DNA of 20,116 nucleotides from Ginkgo biloba (Eukaryota; Plantae; Ginkgophyta), in assembly GCA_024626585.2 (NCBI GenBank), contig JANKJI020000002.1:190501905-190522020 (forward strand), in the 5' to 3' direction. The position numbers and the translations under genes are program-made. Each line of letters begins with the position of its first letter. Position 1 is the first letter of the stretch. Below are positions 1-11,244 of this stretch, piece by piece. The notes beneath the pieces were generated by a model. It had not been told where the DNA came from. It saw only the letters and a program-made list of their open reading frames with translations, and did not search any database.

Positions 1-1900
1 CTCCACCTAGTGAAATTGCTATAGATTCTCTACATCCGTTTTTGTTGTGGTTTCCATTCATCCATTCCCATGGCAGGAATTCTTTGATTGTGCCAGCATC
101 ATCCCTGCTCATTGCTCTGGTGGTTTTGTTTGATCCAAATGTTCCCATGTTTATGTTGTATGCTTGCATAATTATTTTTTCGCTCTCTTCTTCAAGGATA
201 ACCTCATTGCATGTTCCCAAATGCACCAAATTAGGTTAGAAACAGCTATTTCTGTGAAATACAGATGCTAACCTCACAACTGTCTAGCTTAACAGTATAA
301 GTTACCAGGGTATGGGTAAAGGAACAAATACAGAGATGGAAATGGGTATGGATACAACACTTTTTCCAAAGCTTTAAGATATGGATACTGCAACTTTTAA
401 GGGTTCTTTTTTAATTTTTTGAGATATTTCATTAATTTGCAAATCATTTGCATCATATCCATTTACATACAGCTGCCATCTTTCAATCAAGAGTATCATA
501 GAAACATTGGCTTTTCTATTACCCTGTTATTTCTGTGGCAGAGCCTATAGCTAGTTTACTCTAGCATTTTATCTTCCAATTTCCATCTAATAGAAAAGAG
601 GGTCCCATCCTATTACTGTTACTTTCTATGTGGTTTGAATGGGATCCTTGCTTGAGGTGGTTTGGCCTTTTGGCTGATAGCCGTCACTTTTGGGGGCATT
701 TATGGAATCAATGTCTCCTAGACTGTTCCAGATCCAATTATCCCTATTAAACCTGTGGCAAATTTCTGCAGCCCCGCATTCCAACCAATCAAAGACCCTG
801 CAATGAAAGGACCATGCTGAGTCCTTTGTTGTGTTTTTTTAAATGGCTGATTTTCTGAAAAGTAAAGCCAAGTGCAAGCTCTACTGCCCACTTCAATAAA
901 CCCTCCGTGCAGAAGAAGTTGCTTTTGTAGAGCATGTTGTCATTTTGTTGTCAGCGAGCTCCTACAAAACTGTGCTCCATGTTTGTAGATCATTTTCAGA
1001 CCCACCTTTCATTGTTTTGCTTCCAGCCAGTGAGTTACCACCACCATTGCTGAGTGTAACCCTTCACCTGTAACATCTCTCATTACTTCTGCATCAATGG
1101 TTACCTCTTCCCTGAATCAAGCTTTTTTCATCAACATTGAACTGACAACGTATCTCTTGGGCTTTCGCGTACCTTTCATGCATTCTCAGGTTTGCTAACC
1201 ATCTCAAATCATGACTTGGCCAATGTGGCAAGAGCTCTATCATTTGTTCTTGGCCTTTCTTGAGCCCTCAAACGATGCTTCTCATGCATGAAACTTCATT
1301 GTCATTGCATTGCTTCTCCCCCATCAATTTCAGGTGCTCTCTCATTTGCTTCAGCTCTTAGCAGCTGAATCCTCTTAAAATGCCTTTGAGACTTCTGGCA
1401 AGGCTTTGTACATTTTTTGCTCATGCAACAACTGGACTATAATCAACTCTTACTTCCACCAAGTGGAGTTGATGTGAACAGCACGGTTTCCCCAGAATCT
1501 ACATAATGTCCAAACCACATTATGTGCTTGCAGACTCTGCTTTCCTCATCTTGCATGACTTTTTCTTCCCCATTGTGGAGTTGTTTTCCCAGGTTCATCT
1601 CTGAGCTTGCAGACTTTCTTCATGATGTTTGAATTTTGTAACTGGTGTTGAAGCAAGATGGTGACAACAAAGTGACCAAAGATGGTATAAGTATCAGTGT
1701 ACAAAGACTCGTGGTTCTACACATGGCTAGAAACTGGCCTTGCTCTCTATTCGCTTTACACCTCGTCTTAAAAGGTGCATGTTTGTCTTCCCACACTTTG
1801 CAACACTAGAAGTTTCTCTCAATATGCTCCTTTTCTCATTGGGATTAGTTTATATGCACACTTCATTATACCAAATTTGCACAGTTGCATCCAACGTCCT
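1..1900 (-). mobile_element. Degenerate L1-type LINE relic: ORF1 (~950-1900) and start of ORF2 endonuclease (below ~945)
   Basis: Minus-strand translation gives EMNLGKQL (~1578-1601, like plant L1 ORF1 'ARxxVExDLxKPL') and then VCKHIMWFGHYVDS (~1491-1535, a decayed CX2CX4HX4C knuckle). AGSLIGWN (~778-801) resembles the endonuclease 'SGGLxxxWN' motif. Many stops and frameshifts; boundaries approximate. Confidence 0.55.
300..400. mobile_element. Possible decayed hAT/MITE-like subterminal fragment inserted in the LINE
   Basis: Repeated GGGTATGG and GATATGGATAC motifs resemble CpG-decayed GGATACGG/GGGTACGG subterminal repeats of plant hAT elements. No TIR or TSD identified. Confidence 0.3.
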
Positions 1901-1979
1901 TGTACTGAAAAAGAACACCATTCGAGTAAAACGTTGTAGGACAGGTAATGCTTTATGGGATTTGATCACTGTGTATGTC

Positions 1980-4555
1980 AATTCCTTCTATGGTTGTACA
2001 TTCTATCTGGCTCAGTGATGGAGAAACCATTAAACCATTTCATCCATATAAATTGTGTTTGTTCACGTTGCTAGAAAATGTGGAATATTTCCCTCACCCT
2101 TTTGCATCCAGCATAGTAATAAGGCCCTTTTGCCTCCATTTCCTTAATAAATATTTTGACGATAGAATTACCTTTTTTTTTAATTCTCCAAAGTTGCATA
2201 TTTTCCTATGGTTCATGTATGCTCTTCCAGATTAATTCCCTATTTGAAATGTGGTTTAGAGAATTGAAGAAGTACATTCATTTAATATCCTTCATTTGGA
2301 GCTACCTCTTTCTCTTTAACACCCATCTCCACCCTTCTGCTTTCTTCCTTTCCATGGTATGATGAGCAATCTATCAACTTTCTACCATATGACAATTAAA
2401 CTTATGAGTTGTATACTCTCAATGCATGATATATCCCAAATTTCCTGATGAATTCGTCCTTGGTAAAAACATCCATTGTCGTTGCATCTAGGAGTTCNNN
2501 NNNNNNNNNNNNNNNNNNNNNNNNNNNNNNNNNNNNNNNNNNNNNNNNNNNNNNNNNNNNNNNNNNNNNNNNNNNNNNNNNNNNNNNNNNNNNNNNNNNN
2601 NNNNNNNNNNNNNNNNNNNNNNNNNNNNNNNNNNNNNNNNNNNNNNNNNNNNNNNNNNNNNNNNNNNNNNNNNNNNNNNNNNNNNNNNNNNNNNNNNNNN
2701 NNNNNNNNNNNNNNNNNNNNNNNNNNNNNNNNNNNNNNNNNNNNNNNNNNNNNNNNNNNNNNNNNNNNNNNNNNNNNNNNNNNNNNNNNNNNNNNNNNNN
2801 NNNNNNNNNNNNNNNNNNNNNNNNNNNNNNNNNNNNNNNNNNNNNNNNNNNNNNNNNNNNNNNNNNNNNNNNNNNNNNNNNNNNNNNNNNNNNNNNNNNN
2901 NNNNNNNNNNNNNNNNNNNNNNNNNNNNNNNNNNNNNNNNNNNNNNNNNNNNNNNNNNNNNNNNNNNNNNNNNNNNNNNNNNNNNNNNNNNNNNNNNNNN
3001 NNNNNNNNNNNNNNNNNNNNNNNNNNNNNNNNNNNNNNNNNNNNNNNNNNNNNNNNNNNNNNNNNNNNNNNNNNNNNNNNNNNNNNNNNNNNNNNNNNNN
3101 NNNNNNNNNNNNNNNNNNNNNNNNNNNNNNNNNNNNNNNNNNNNNNNNNNNNNNNNNNNNNNNNNNNNNNNNNNNNNNNNNNNNNNNNNNNNNNNNNNNN
3201 NNNNNNNNNNNNNNNNNNNNNNNNNNNNNNNNNNNNNNNNNNNNNNNNNNNNNNNNNNNNNNNNNNNNNNNNNNNNNNNNNNNNNNNNNNNNNNNNNNNN
3301 NNNNNNNNNNNNNNNNNNNNNNNNNNNNNNNNNNNNNNNNNNNNNNNNNNNNNNNNNNNNNNNNNNNNNNNNNNNNNNNNNNNNNNNNNNNNNNNNNNNN
3401 NNNNNNNNNNNNNNNNNNNNNNNNNNNNNNNNNNNNNNNNNNNNNNNNNNNNNNNNNNNNNNNNNNNNNNNNNNNNNNNNNNNNNNNNAAGGTCTAAGGA
3501 AAGCCTCTTTCATAAGAGGTTGACCAAGACGAGTGGCCACTTTATCCTATCAAACATGGTCAAGATATCCATTTTATAGATTATGGCACTCTTCCTTTTC
3601 GATTGTAGCATGTGCATTAATTCATATATCATTATGATATTATATTGCATTTTCCTACCTTCCGTGAATCTTGATTGATTAGAGATTAATGTGGCCATTT
3701 CCTTCTGCATCCTCATTGTGATCACTTTTGAAATGATCTTACAGCAATGAATATTGAGGGCAATTATCTAAGCACCAAATGAGTCTACTTCATTGTTCCT
3801 TGCGATCAAACCCATGTAAATTGCATTTATTGCAAGGTGTACATATGCATCCCTTTGTGATTTATCTACCATGTGTGGTAATTGGAGCTTAGAGAATTCA
3901 CATCTCACTTTATACCATTAGACTGAAAATCTATTTGATTTGACCATCAAGTCTTCCAAGTATTACCTATATTTCTCATAGGATATCCTCCTCTAACATT
4001 ATTCCCGCAAAAGTTCCTAGTTCTGTAATCCCAAAGCTTGCTAGGATAACCTAGGAAGGGTGTCCACAATGTGAACTCTTCCTTGCATATGACATTCACT
4101 CTCCAAACATGTTTGTAAAACTCTCTTGCTTCCTTTCATATTTCCTACTGTTTAATTAGCACCCTGTTATCTTTTGTCCTTATTGTTGACATCTGGATGA
4201 AACCCGCCCTTGTTGTAAGAACCCTTTTCCCATTGATACATACACACTCTGACCTTTCCATTTTCTCTCTGTAATTCATTACTACAATGTTGCAGTGCAA
4301 CATAGTAGATGTTGTTTCTACGTTGACCTCTATGCCTACCCAATGTGCTTTTGTTATTTGGTCCATTTGAGCCTTATTCCACTTGGAATTTTACTGGAAA
4401 ACTTTAGCTTTCCTCCCTTAGTAGCCTTTTCATTTTACTCATCAAAATAACCCATTTTTGTGATGCCTCCAGAGACTAGTCTAGACCATGTACAAATTGT
4501 ATCCACCTCTCCTTTATTTTCTCCTTGTCTTAGGATTAGATAATTATTTAGGCAT
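1980..4555 (-). mobile_element. Degenerate L1-type LINE ORF2 (endonuclease - reverse transcriptase - zf-RVT), spanning the 991-N gap
   Basis: 3833->3510 translates AINAIYMGLIARNNEVDSFGA*IIALNIHCCKIISKVITMRMQKEMATLISNQSRFTEGRKMQYNIIMIYELMHMLQSKRKSAIIYKMDILTMFDRIKW. This matches the plant L1 RT N-terminal pattern (LIPK...RPISLCN..YKIISK..RL...IS..QSGFV.GRQI....HE..H......KLDM.KAYDRV.W). ~2139->2035 gives KGPYYYAGCKRVREIFHIF*QREQTQFIW (zf-RVT 'GP..C..C...E...HLF..C....IW'). LVSGGITKMG near 4460 resembles the endonuclease 'SGG' motif. Confidence 0.85.
2498..3488. other. Largest assembly gap (others: 4633-4732, 5861-5960, 7269-7368, 8581-8870, 9118-9148, 10050-10324, 12114-12213, 13966-14065, 16664-16673, 18849-18948, 19166-19199)
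   Basis: Runs of N. Six are exactly 100 N, which usually denotes unknown size. Confidence 0.99.
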
Positions 4556-4632
4556 GGGGGAGTGTTGGACGAGAATTTGACGCAGGTCGGATAAAGCTTA
4601 AACCGACACCGACGGTGGTGGTTCACCGACAA
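4556..4632 (+). mobile_element. Edge of a younger LTR-like sequence (GGGGGAG + TGTTGG...) cut by a gap
   Basis: The purine tract GGGGGAG (4556-4562) is immediately followed by TGTTGG (4563), a typical copia PPT/LTR junction. There are 7 CpGs in 70 nt against a CpG-poor background. The segment is very short. Confidence 0.35.
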
Positions 4633-4732
4633 NNNNNNNNNNNNNNNNNNNNNNNNNNNNNNNNNNNNNNNNNNNNNNNNNNNNNNNNNNNNNNNNNNNN
4701 NNNNNNNNNNNNNNNNNNNNNNNNNNNNNNNN

Positions 4733-5350
4733 AATCAACCTATAAACACCATCACAACAAACTTTATAACCATTTTGGGTACTCAAAAAAAGTAAGAGGT
4801 GTAGGAAGGAAAGGAGATGAGCCCGCATTTAGATTACTGACAACAAACTTTAGGAACGTCTTAAGAGGAAACAAAAACACATGGAGCAACATATGGAAGA
4901 GGAACCAAACTTTCCAAGCTACACTACAAAAAGGATTCATTTTAGAAGAGTGGGGAGATGATAAAGACAATAGGTTTTGTGAAACAATTACTATGAGAAG
5001 AGTTTCAAACCACAAACTAATGCTCATCCAGATAAGCATAAAATTACATGGGAATATTGCATTCAAACTCAAATGTAGAATAGGTAAACAAATAAATATT
5101 GTATGAATTAATCATAACAAAAATGACAAAATGGTCAAAGAGACCAAGCACATGGCAAATTTTGGTATGAAAAGGATAAAGTGTTAGAAAAAAAAATGAA
5201 AGTTAAAAGAAGAAAGAAAAAGTATGAGGAAAAAACTAAGACAGAATTCAAGAAAGAAAAAACACCTACCCAGTAGAGAATAAAGAATGAAGGGTGCACA
5301 AGAGTTAAAAACAAAAGAAATGGGACAAACCATTTGTGGAAAATCTCTTA
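4733..5350 (+). mobile_element. Degenerate LINE ORF1-like fragment (DUF4283-like)
   Basis: NTWSNIWKRNQTFQATLQKGFILEEWGDDKD...HKLML resembles the plant L1 ORF1 'W...W......KGFF...F...ED' pattern. A-rich sense strand, in the same orientation as the ORF2 relic downstream. Confidence 0.45.
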
Positions 5351-5369
5351 AATAAAGAGGAAGAGAGCC

Positions 5370-5850
5370 TAATGGTCAAAACAAGATGCATGTGGCCATA
5401 AAGTGGAAACAAAAATTCCAAGTTTCTTTAGTGCACTAAAATAGAGTAAGAGAAAATCAAGACTATTCTGGGTGTCTATGGCAACTCCATTAATGTTTGG
5501 AACTATAGTTACTTTATTAATCTTTGCCACAAGGGATAAGAAACATGGTATTAGCATTGTGATATTATACTTCAACTATCATAACTTCCATGTTTTGTTT
5601 CTCTTTGTGATTATTTTCAACAACAAGTGTCTTTCTGCCATAATAACTCTTGCAAAAGATTACATTTTTTTTTAATGAAGTAAGCATTGAAGATTTGTTA
5701 TAGGTTGGACACTTGTAGAAAGGTTTGAATCTCCCTTCCTTAAACATGTTGTTGATAAGCCATAATAGTGTGTTTTTCTATGATAGGAAGGCATAACAGT
5801 AGGAAGAACGTCTGCTTTAATCAAGGATTACCAAATTGATGGAAATAAGA
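5370..5850 (-). mobile_element. Possible LINE ORF2 linker fragment in opposite orientation
   Basis: Strand composition flips here. The minus strand gives NANTMFL...KINKVTIVPNING (across a frameshift), weakly like 'GD.NTKFFH....NKI..L...NG'. Confidence 0.3.
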
Positions 5851-5960
5851 AAATGATGGCNNNNNNNNNNNNNNNNNNNNNNNNNNNNNNNNNNNNNNNN
5901 NNNNNNNNNNNNNNNNNNNNNNNNNNNNNNNNNNNNNNNNNNNNNNNNNNNNNNNNNNNN

Positions 5961-7268
5961 GAGAAAATCAAGCATTTAACAACTCAAAAAAAGGAGGAGA
6001 AATCATTACTGAAAAAGACAAAATTACTAAGGTAGCTATGGATTACTAAAAAAACATGTAACAATACAAGGACAAACAATTGGAAACAAAAGAAACAAGT
6101 GTTCAAATCCATCCCACTCCTATTGACCTCCTCAAACAAATGGGAAAAGTATTGGAGGATATCAATCTAGAAGAAATAGAAGCACTATAGAAATTATAAA
6201 ACCAAGTCACTAAGACTGTGCAATTGCCTATAGAATTTACGAGTTGGTAATCCATAGAAGAGGACTTGAGAGAAATGGTGAAATCCTTCCAAAAAGGAAA
6301 ATTTATCCAAGAGAATGTCACACATCAATGAAAAACTGAACAATATCTTGGCAACAAAAATCACATATTCTATTACACACCAACAAGTTTCAAATGAACA
6401 ATCCTATTAGAATTAGCATTAATGGAAGAAGAAAATATCCTAAAGAACGCATTGAACTTATATCTATACGCTTAAAAACAGAAGATCAAAACTAACAAAG
6501 CAGACTTGGCATGTCATAACGTTCCCACCAAAACCGAAGGTGAAATAAGAGGAATTTTGGCAAATAGGACCTGGTAATCAGATGATACCCTTCAAGTAAC
6601 CCCAGAGGTACAAGAAAAGAAACAAGGAAAGAAAGGGATATCATCACAAAAATACCCGATAGAAAAGAAACAAAGGTCAAATAACTGGCTATTATTACAA
6701 GGGAGAGATGTGCTAATACAATTTGTTTTGAGCTCAATTCCAACATATGCACATAGCTGCCTAGGTGCACCATGGGGGTACAAAAGATATATATAAAAAA
6801 TCCAATGTGATTGGAAGTGAGGGTGGCATTCTTTCATAAAATTGTTATCTTGGTAATGCAATGATATCAAATTTGGTAGTTGGTAAAGCAAGTCAGGGTT
6901 TGGTTGGTGGTATGATGATTGATTCAGAGGGAGGTGTCTAGTTGGGGAGAAAATCCCAATGGACAAATATAGTAAATGAAGTTCTATTGGGTGGTCAGAA
7001 AGGCAATTAGCCGTTTCCATAAAATCTTTCTCAGCCTAATATTTATGACTCTTAGAAGAGATATAAGCTTATTTATTCAAGTTTCCTTCCATATGTATCT
7101 ACAGGTGATGTTATACTCAAGGATGACAACTTGGTAGGTCTATCTAGGCAAGTGACAAGTGATATGATTATGCAGGTGTTATTTTTAAAGGTCTATCAAT
7201 TTTAGGGGAAGGGGAAGATTGCAGAGAAGCTCAAGGAGAATTTCTTTCTCACATATTATGCTCAAAGA
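5961..7268 (+). mobile_element. Degenerate, internally deleted L1-type LINE ORF2
   Basis: 6152: LEDINLEEIEAL*...LPIEFTSW*SIEEDLREMVKSFQKGKFIQENVT (pre-RT region). ~6430-6525: EENILKNALNLYLYA*KQKIKTNKADL (RT 'L..Y..ASGQ.IN..KS'). 6680: NNWLLLQGRDVLIQFVLSSIPTYAHSCL (post-RT 'LS.AGR..LIKSVL.SIP.Y.MS'). Confidence 0.8.
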
Positions 7269-7368
7269 NNNNNNNNNNNNNNNNNNNNNNNNNNNNNNNN
7301 NNNNNNNNNNNNNNNNNNNNNNNNNNNNNNNNNNNNNNNNNNNNNNNNNNNNNNNNNNNNNNNNNNNN

Positions 7369-7790
7369 TTCCTCTAAGAGGGATCCCATAACAATAAAAG
7401 GAAGTACAAACTAGTGAGCTGGGGACATGTCCTTAAAATAATATAAACAGGAGGAATGGCTGTTTACAGCCCTTATGTAATGACCAATGCTGAAGAATAA
7501 AGCCCATGGAATTGTCTGATAAGAAAAAAATACCTAGAAAGCGCAATTAAGAAAGAGATAATAAAAGGGTCAGAAAAGAAAAGGCATGAATCCCCAAGAC
7601 ATAGGGACACATGGGAACTAGCCTGAACTTTGTACAAAAAGAATTGCATTTTCATTCTAGACAAGGAAGGAAAGAACTCTAGGATGAGAAACGGTTGAAT
7701 TAGTGGGAACCATTACAGACCTCAAGGCTCAAATCACTTGTGTTGAATGGAACAAAAGCATTACAGGATAATGCTAATGTTTCTCAAAAC
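7369..7790 (+). mobile_element. Degenerate L1-type LINE ORF2 post-RT fragment
   Basis: 7369: FL*EGSHNNKRKYKLVSWGHVLKII*TGGMAV...PWNCLIRKKYL matches 'FLW.G....K.HLV.W..VC.PK..GGLG.....W...I..KY'. Confidence 0.75.
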
Positions 7791-8073
7791 AAACTAGGCC
7801 ATCACATGCCACATGTCTAGTAGGTCAGTCATGTATTGTTTAAGTGTTTGTATCTGCATGTTTACGTTTTGTGAAATGTAAAAACAACAGCTGTTTTTTA
7901 TGGTTAATGTTAGTGGATGACAGACTAAATGTTAATGAGAAAAGAACTCGGTGAAGATTTTTTCTTTTGGTTTGTTGTACTATCCAATTTATCATAACCT
8001 TCAACGAAACCCTTACACAACCAGCTACTAAAGCATCTTTCTCTTAAGTGCACTTCAAAAGTGAATGACACAC

Positions 8074-8197
8074 CACAATTGTCAGACGCAACTCTCTCTC
8101 CAAAGTACTCCAAAATAAATTTTCTCCGGCACGTTGCAATGGAGCAATATTTCTGAGCTGCTAGCAGAGACTCCGTCACAGCCCTCCGCCTTCCTTC
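8074..8197 (-). CDS. RecQ: Internal exon of a RecQ-family ATP-dependent DNA helicase (RQC zinc-binding domain)
   Basis: 124-nt exon encoding EGRRRAVTESLLAAQKYCSIATCRRKFILEYFGERVASDNC-G, the RecQ 'YC....CRR..LL.YFGE......CG.CDNC' motif. Acceptor ttttccttactgatcAG ends at 8198 and donor GTgtgt starts at 8073. No stops; phase 0 in, phase 1 out. Confidence 0.93.
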
Positions 8198-8529
8198 CTG
8201 ATCAGTAAGGAAAATCAGTTATTCATATCAAAAAGAAAAACAGAAATGCTACAAGAAGAAGATAAAAGTCCACGTGGTGCTTTGAAAAAGATAACACATC
8301 CACTTGGATGCTTTCTTGAATTTAAAACATGTGATCCTTGGTGGAAAATAGTAGCCTTTTAAGTCAAGTACGGGTTTTTTTCCAAGCTCAGTACACCAAA
8401 ATTAGAACAATCTAATTTTACTGCAACCCTTCTAAAACTCCTCCTCCGTTACTTTCTGTATAGACTCCAATGAGAGATAGATCAACTTCAAAAGCTTCCA
8501 AGAAGGCAAAGAAAGAGAGGAGTACATAC
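8198..8529 (-). other. 332-nt GT-AG phase-0 intron of the RecQ gene
   Basis: Donor GTATGT at 8529-8524 and a pyrimidine-rich acceptor ...CAG at 8200-8198. Splicing joins ...AEART to EGRRRAV... in frame. Confidence 0.88.
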
Positions 8530-8580
8530 AGTGCGAGCCTCTGCTGTGTAAAAGTCTGCTTTCGAAAAATCACCTCGTGT
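8530..8580 (-). CDS. RecQ: 3' part of the preceding RecQ helicase exon (5' part hidden in gap 8581-8870)
   Basis: Encodes TRGDFSKADFYTAEART, the segment expected just after helicase motif VI ('GR.GRDG....C.LYY') and before the Zn-binding helix. It ends at a canonical GTATGT donor in the correct phase. Confidence 0.87.
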
Positions 8581-9169
8581 NNNNNNNNNNNNNNNNNNNN
8601 NNNNNNNNNNNNNNNNNNNNNNNNNNNNNNNNNNNNNNNNNNNNNNNNNNNNNNNNNNNNNNNNNNNNNNNNNNNNNNNNNNNNNNNNNNNNNNNNNNNN
8701 NNNNNNNNNNNNNNNNNNNNNNNNNNNNNNNNNNNNNNNNNNNNNNNNNNNNNNNNNNNNNNNNNNNNNNNNNNNNNNNNNNNNNNNNNNNNNNNNNNNN
8801 NNNNNNNNNNNNNNNNNNNNNNNNNNNNNNNNNNNNNNNNNNNNNNNNNNNNNNNNNNNNNNNNNNNNNNAAAAAGAGGTCACACAAAATCACATTCGAA
8901 AAAAAAATTACAATAAATCTTAGATATGGGCACTACAGATCAACGAGGCTTACAACTACAATAAAGCCCCATAAGAACATGATAAAGGACAAGTACCACA
9001 AAGACAAGAAGCGAAAAAAGAAATCCAACGAGCAAGTGAAGATGCAGCATGTCCTCACCAAATATTCATCCTCATGTTACGTACCAGCCATGTTTCAGAC
9101 CACAAGAGGACATTAGANNNNNNNNNNNNNNNNNNNNNNNNNNNNNNNCTTTATGGTGTAATGAAAATA

Positions 9170-9700
9170 CAGATTTCTCTTGGATAAACGTATCATATGT
9201 TAGCATATCAACCTTTACTCTCATGCGAACTAACATTTGCCTTGTCCTTTATCCTGTGCATCAAGAAACCATAAAATTATCTCCAAGCAGGAACAAGGCT
9301 AGCAGCAACTTTGGATCCCAGCAACGACTAAGGGTAGGGAGAAATTACCCCTTCAAGAAAGAACCATCTCCATCATCTTCTCACTACTTCCAAAGGTGAA
9401 GGATTTAATACTTTATATGAGGGCGGTATGATACAAAGGTTTAAATTGCACAGCATATGTTTGAGCCACTTTTCCTGCTAGCATGACTACCAATATGTTT
9501 TCGAAGCTAGTAACTTTATCAATTTGTAGTGAGTTGAAACTGGCTTCCTTAGGCAGTGCTACCAGATCCTTCCAATTTAGGTGCCATTCCCAGTCCCAAG
9601 ATGCCTCTTATTCGCAAATTCTCAAATTTGGCTAGGATTCATCATTTGTGTAACGTTGCTTTGAAATGAAAATTATTTTCCTACAAAACGGTGAACATTG
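9170..9700 (-). mobile_element. Possible LINE ORF1 relic
   Basis: Minus-strand SFTFGSSE...DGDGSFLKG*FLPTLSRCWDPK...LVPAW (with frameshifts) resembles 'F.F...ED...GPW.....L..W.P....VPVW' of DUF4283. Very decayed. Confidence 0.35.
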
Positions 9701-9972
9701 AGAATAGAAATTTCAATGGTTCTGAAACTTACAAAGCAAACAAGAAGCATCAGATAAGTATGGCATGTAGCTATAGTACAAGAAAGGGACAAAATCTCTT
9801 ATTGTCAAAAAGAAAAACAAAAGGTGGTGCTTCCATTCTACCTGTTGCGGAAAAGCAATGAATAATGGATGTGGAGAAAGCCTCCTATAAATTGTTCGCT
9901 GGCTAAATAACATTATTAACCCCATACACTCTGTATATGTACGTGAGCAACCTTAACCATTAGTGCCGTTGT

Positions 9973-10400
9973 TGTTAGTGGAGACTACTTGAGAATTACA
10001 TGAGAGATGATCAGAGTTTATGATGTTTTATTTAACATTCATGACTTGTNNNNNNNNNNNNNNNNNNNNNNNNNNNNNNNNNNNNNNNNNNNNNNNNNNN
10101 NNNNNNNNNNNNNNNNNNNNNNNNNNNNNNNNNNNNNNNNNNNNNNNNNNNNNNNNNNNNNNNNNNNNNNNNNNNNNNNNNNNNNNNNNNNNNNNNNNNN
10201 NNNNNNNNNNNNNNNNNNNNNNNNNNNNNNNNNNNNNNNNNNNNNNNNNNNNNNNNNNNNNNNNNNNNNNNNNNNNNNNNNNNNNNNNNNNNNNNNNNNN
10301 NNNNNNNNNNNNNNNNNNNNNNNNAAATATGTCATTGATGCTTAACCCCCAAAGTCTCAATGTTAATCTGGATCTGTACCTTCAGAATTTGACCTCCATA
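9973..10400 (+). repeat. Putative 5' LTR (mostly in gap 10050-10324)
   Basis: Starts TGTTAGTGG and shares short blocks with the 13356-13722 segment. Followed by PBS-like TGGCAACTTAAGTGAAGGGA at 10403-10422. Confidence 0.5.
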
Positions 10401-11244
10401 TCTGGCAACTTAAGTGAAGGGAGGGATGCAAAGGAACCATAGCTCCTACACACGGTGGAATATATTATTGAGTAAAATACTGGATGAAGCAGAGCACACA
10501 AATCAAATGGTTGGCTAATTTGAAGTAAACTTCGATATGGACTAGATCAAACATTTGCTGGTCAATGTTCCCAGATTGATCTACAACCAAAGGCAAGAGG
10601 AGGAATGACAAAGGATGATTGCATTGATGGAAGACCAGAAAGACAAGGACCAAACTAATGCATGGCAAACTCTCAACAAACATTGCCACTGGTGGAGGAA
10701 TTGCCTAACTAGTTGCAGTGAATCTGAATTTGACAGCAGGATTGGGCTCTCATTCAAAGGCGATGGAACCTTAGGAAGCAAAACCTTACAATTTTTGTGC
10801 ACCAATTTGACATTCTTGTCCACCATCAAAAGATCATGGCACCAATCCAAGAGATAGATCGTCAGTTGACTGAAGAAGAAAGGACAACTCTCAATTATGG
10901 TGAGAAGGTCTACTTGGATTGCAGCCCAACGAGGATAGGGAGTTCTGCAGGCAATAGAATATGTTGAATATTGAGGAGTGTTGAGGAGGAGCATAGGATT
11001 CCCTCCTATTGAGGAGTATATTAAAGGTGGAGCACAGACCAAAGAGAGAATACTAGTAACTCCATTAAACAAAGTCTATTAGCAATGTAAAGAGTTAGCT
11101 TGTAGCTTCATACCTAAGAGAACAAAAGACTTCAACGTTCGCACCAAGCAACAAGCCTCATGCATCATTGTTAATGGAAAAACTATGCCAAGTGCTCAAG
11201 GAACACACAAGGTTGAAAGCACAAGTAGGAATCAACCACCAATT

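Noticed and set aside
2448-3579. Long ORFs of 349-367 aa, and similar X-filled ORFs at 8470-9116, 10007-10442 and 11954-12371
   Set aside because: They are open only because they cross N-runs.
7908-7920. TGTTAGTGGATGA, nearly identical to the LTR start at 13356
   Set aside because: The similarity does not extend beyond 13 nt; probably chance in AT-rich DNA.
7925-8179. 84-aa ORF as a standalone protein
   Set aside because: Only 8074-8197 is RecQ-like. The tail (VSFTFEV...) is read-through past the GT donor at 8073, and the 'start' is an internal GTG (Val) codon.
9780-9870. Acceptor-like TTTTCCGCAACAG on the minus strand as another RecQ exon
   Set aside because: None of the three downstream frames resembles RecQ helicase motifs.
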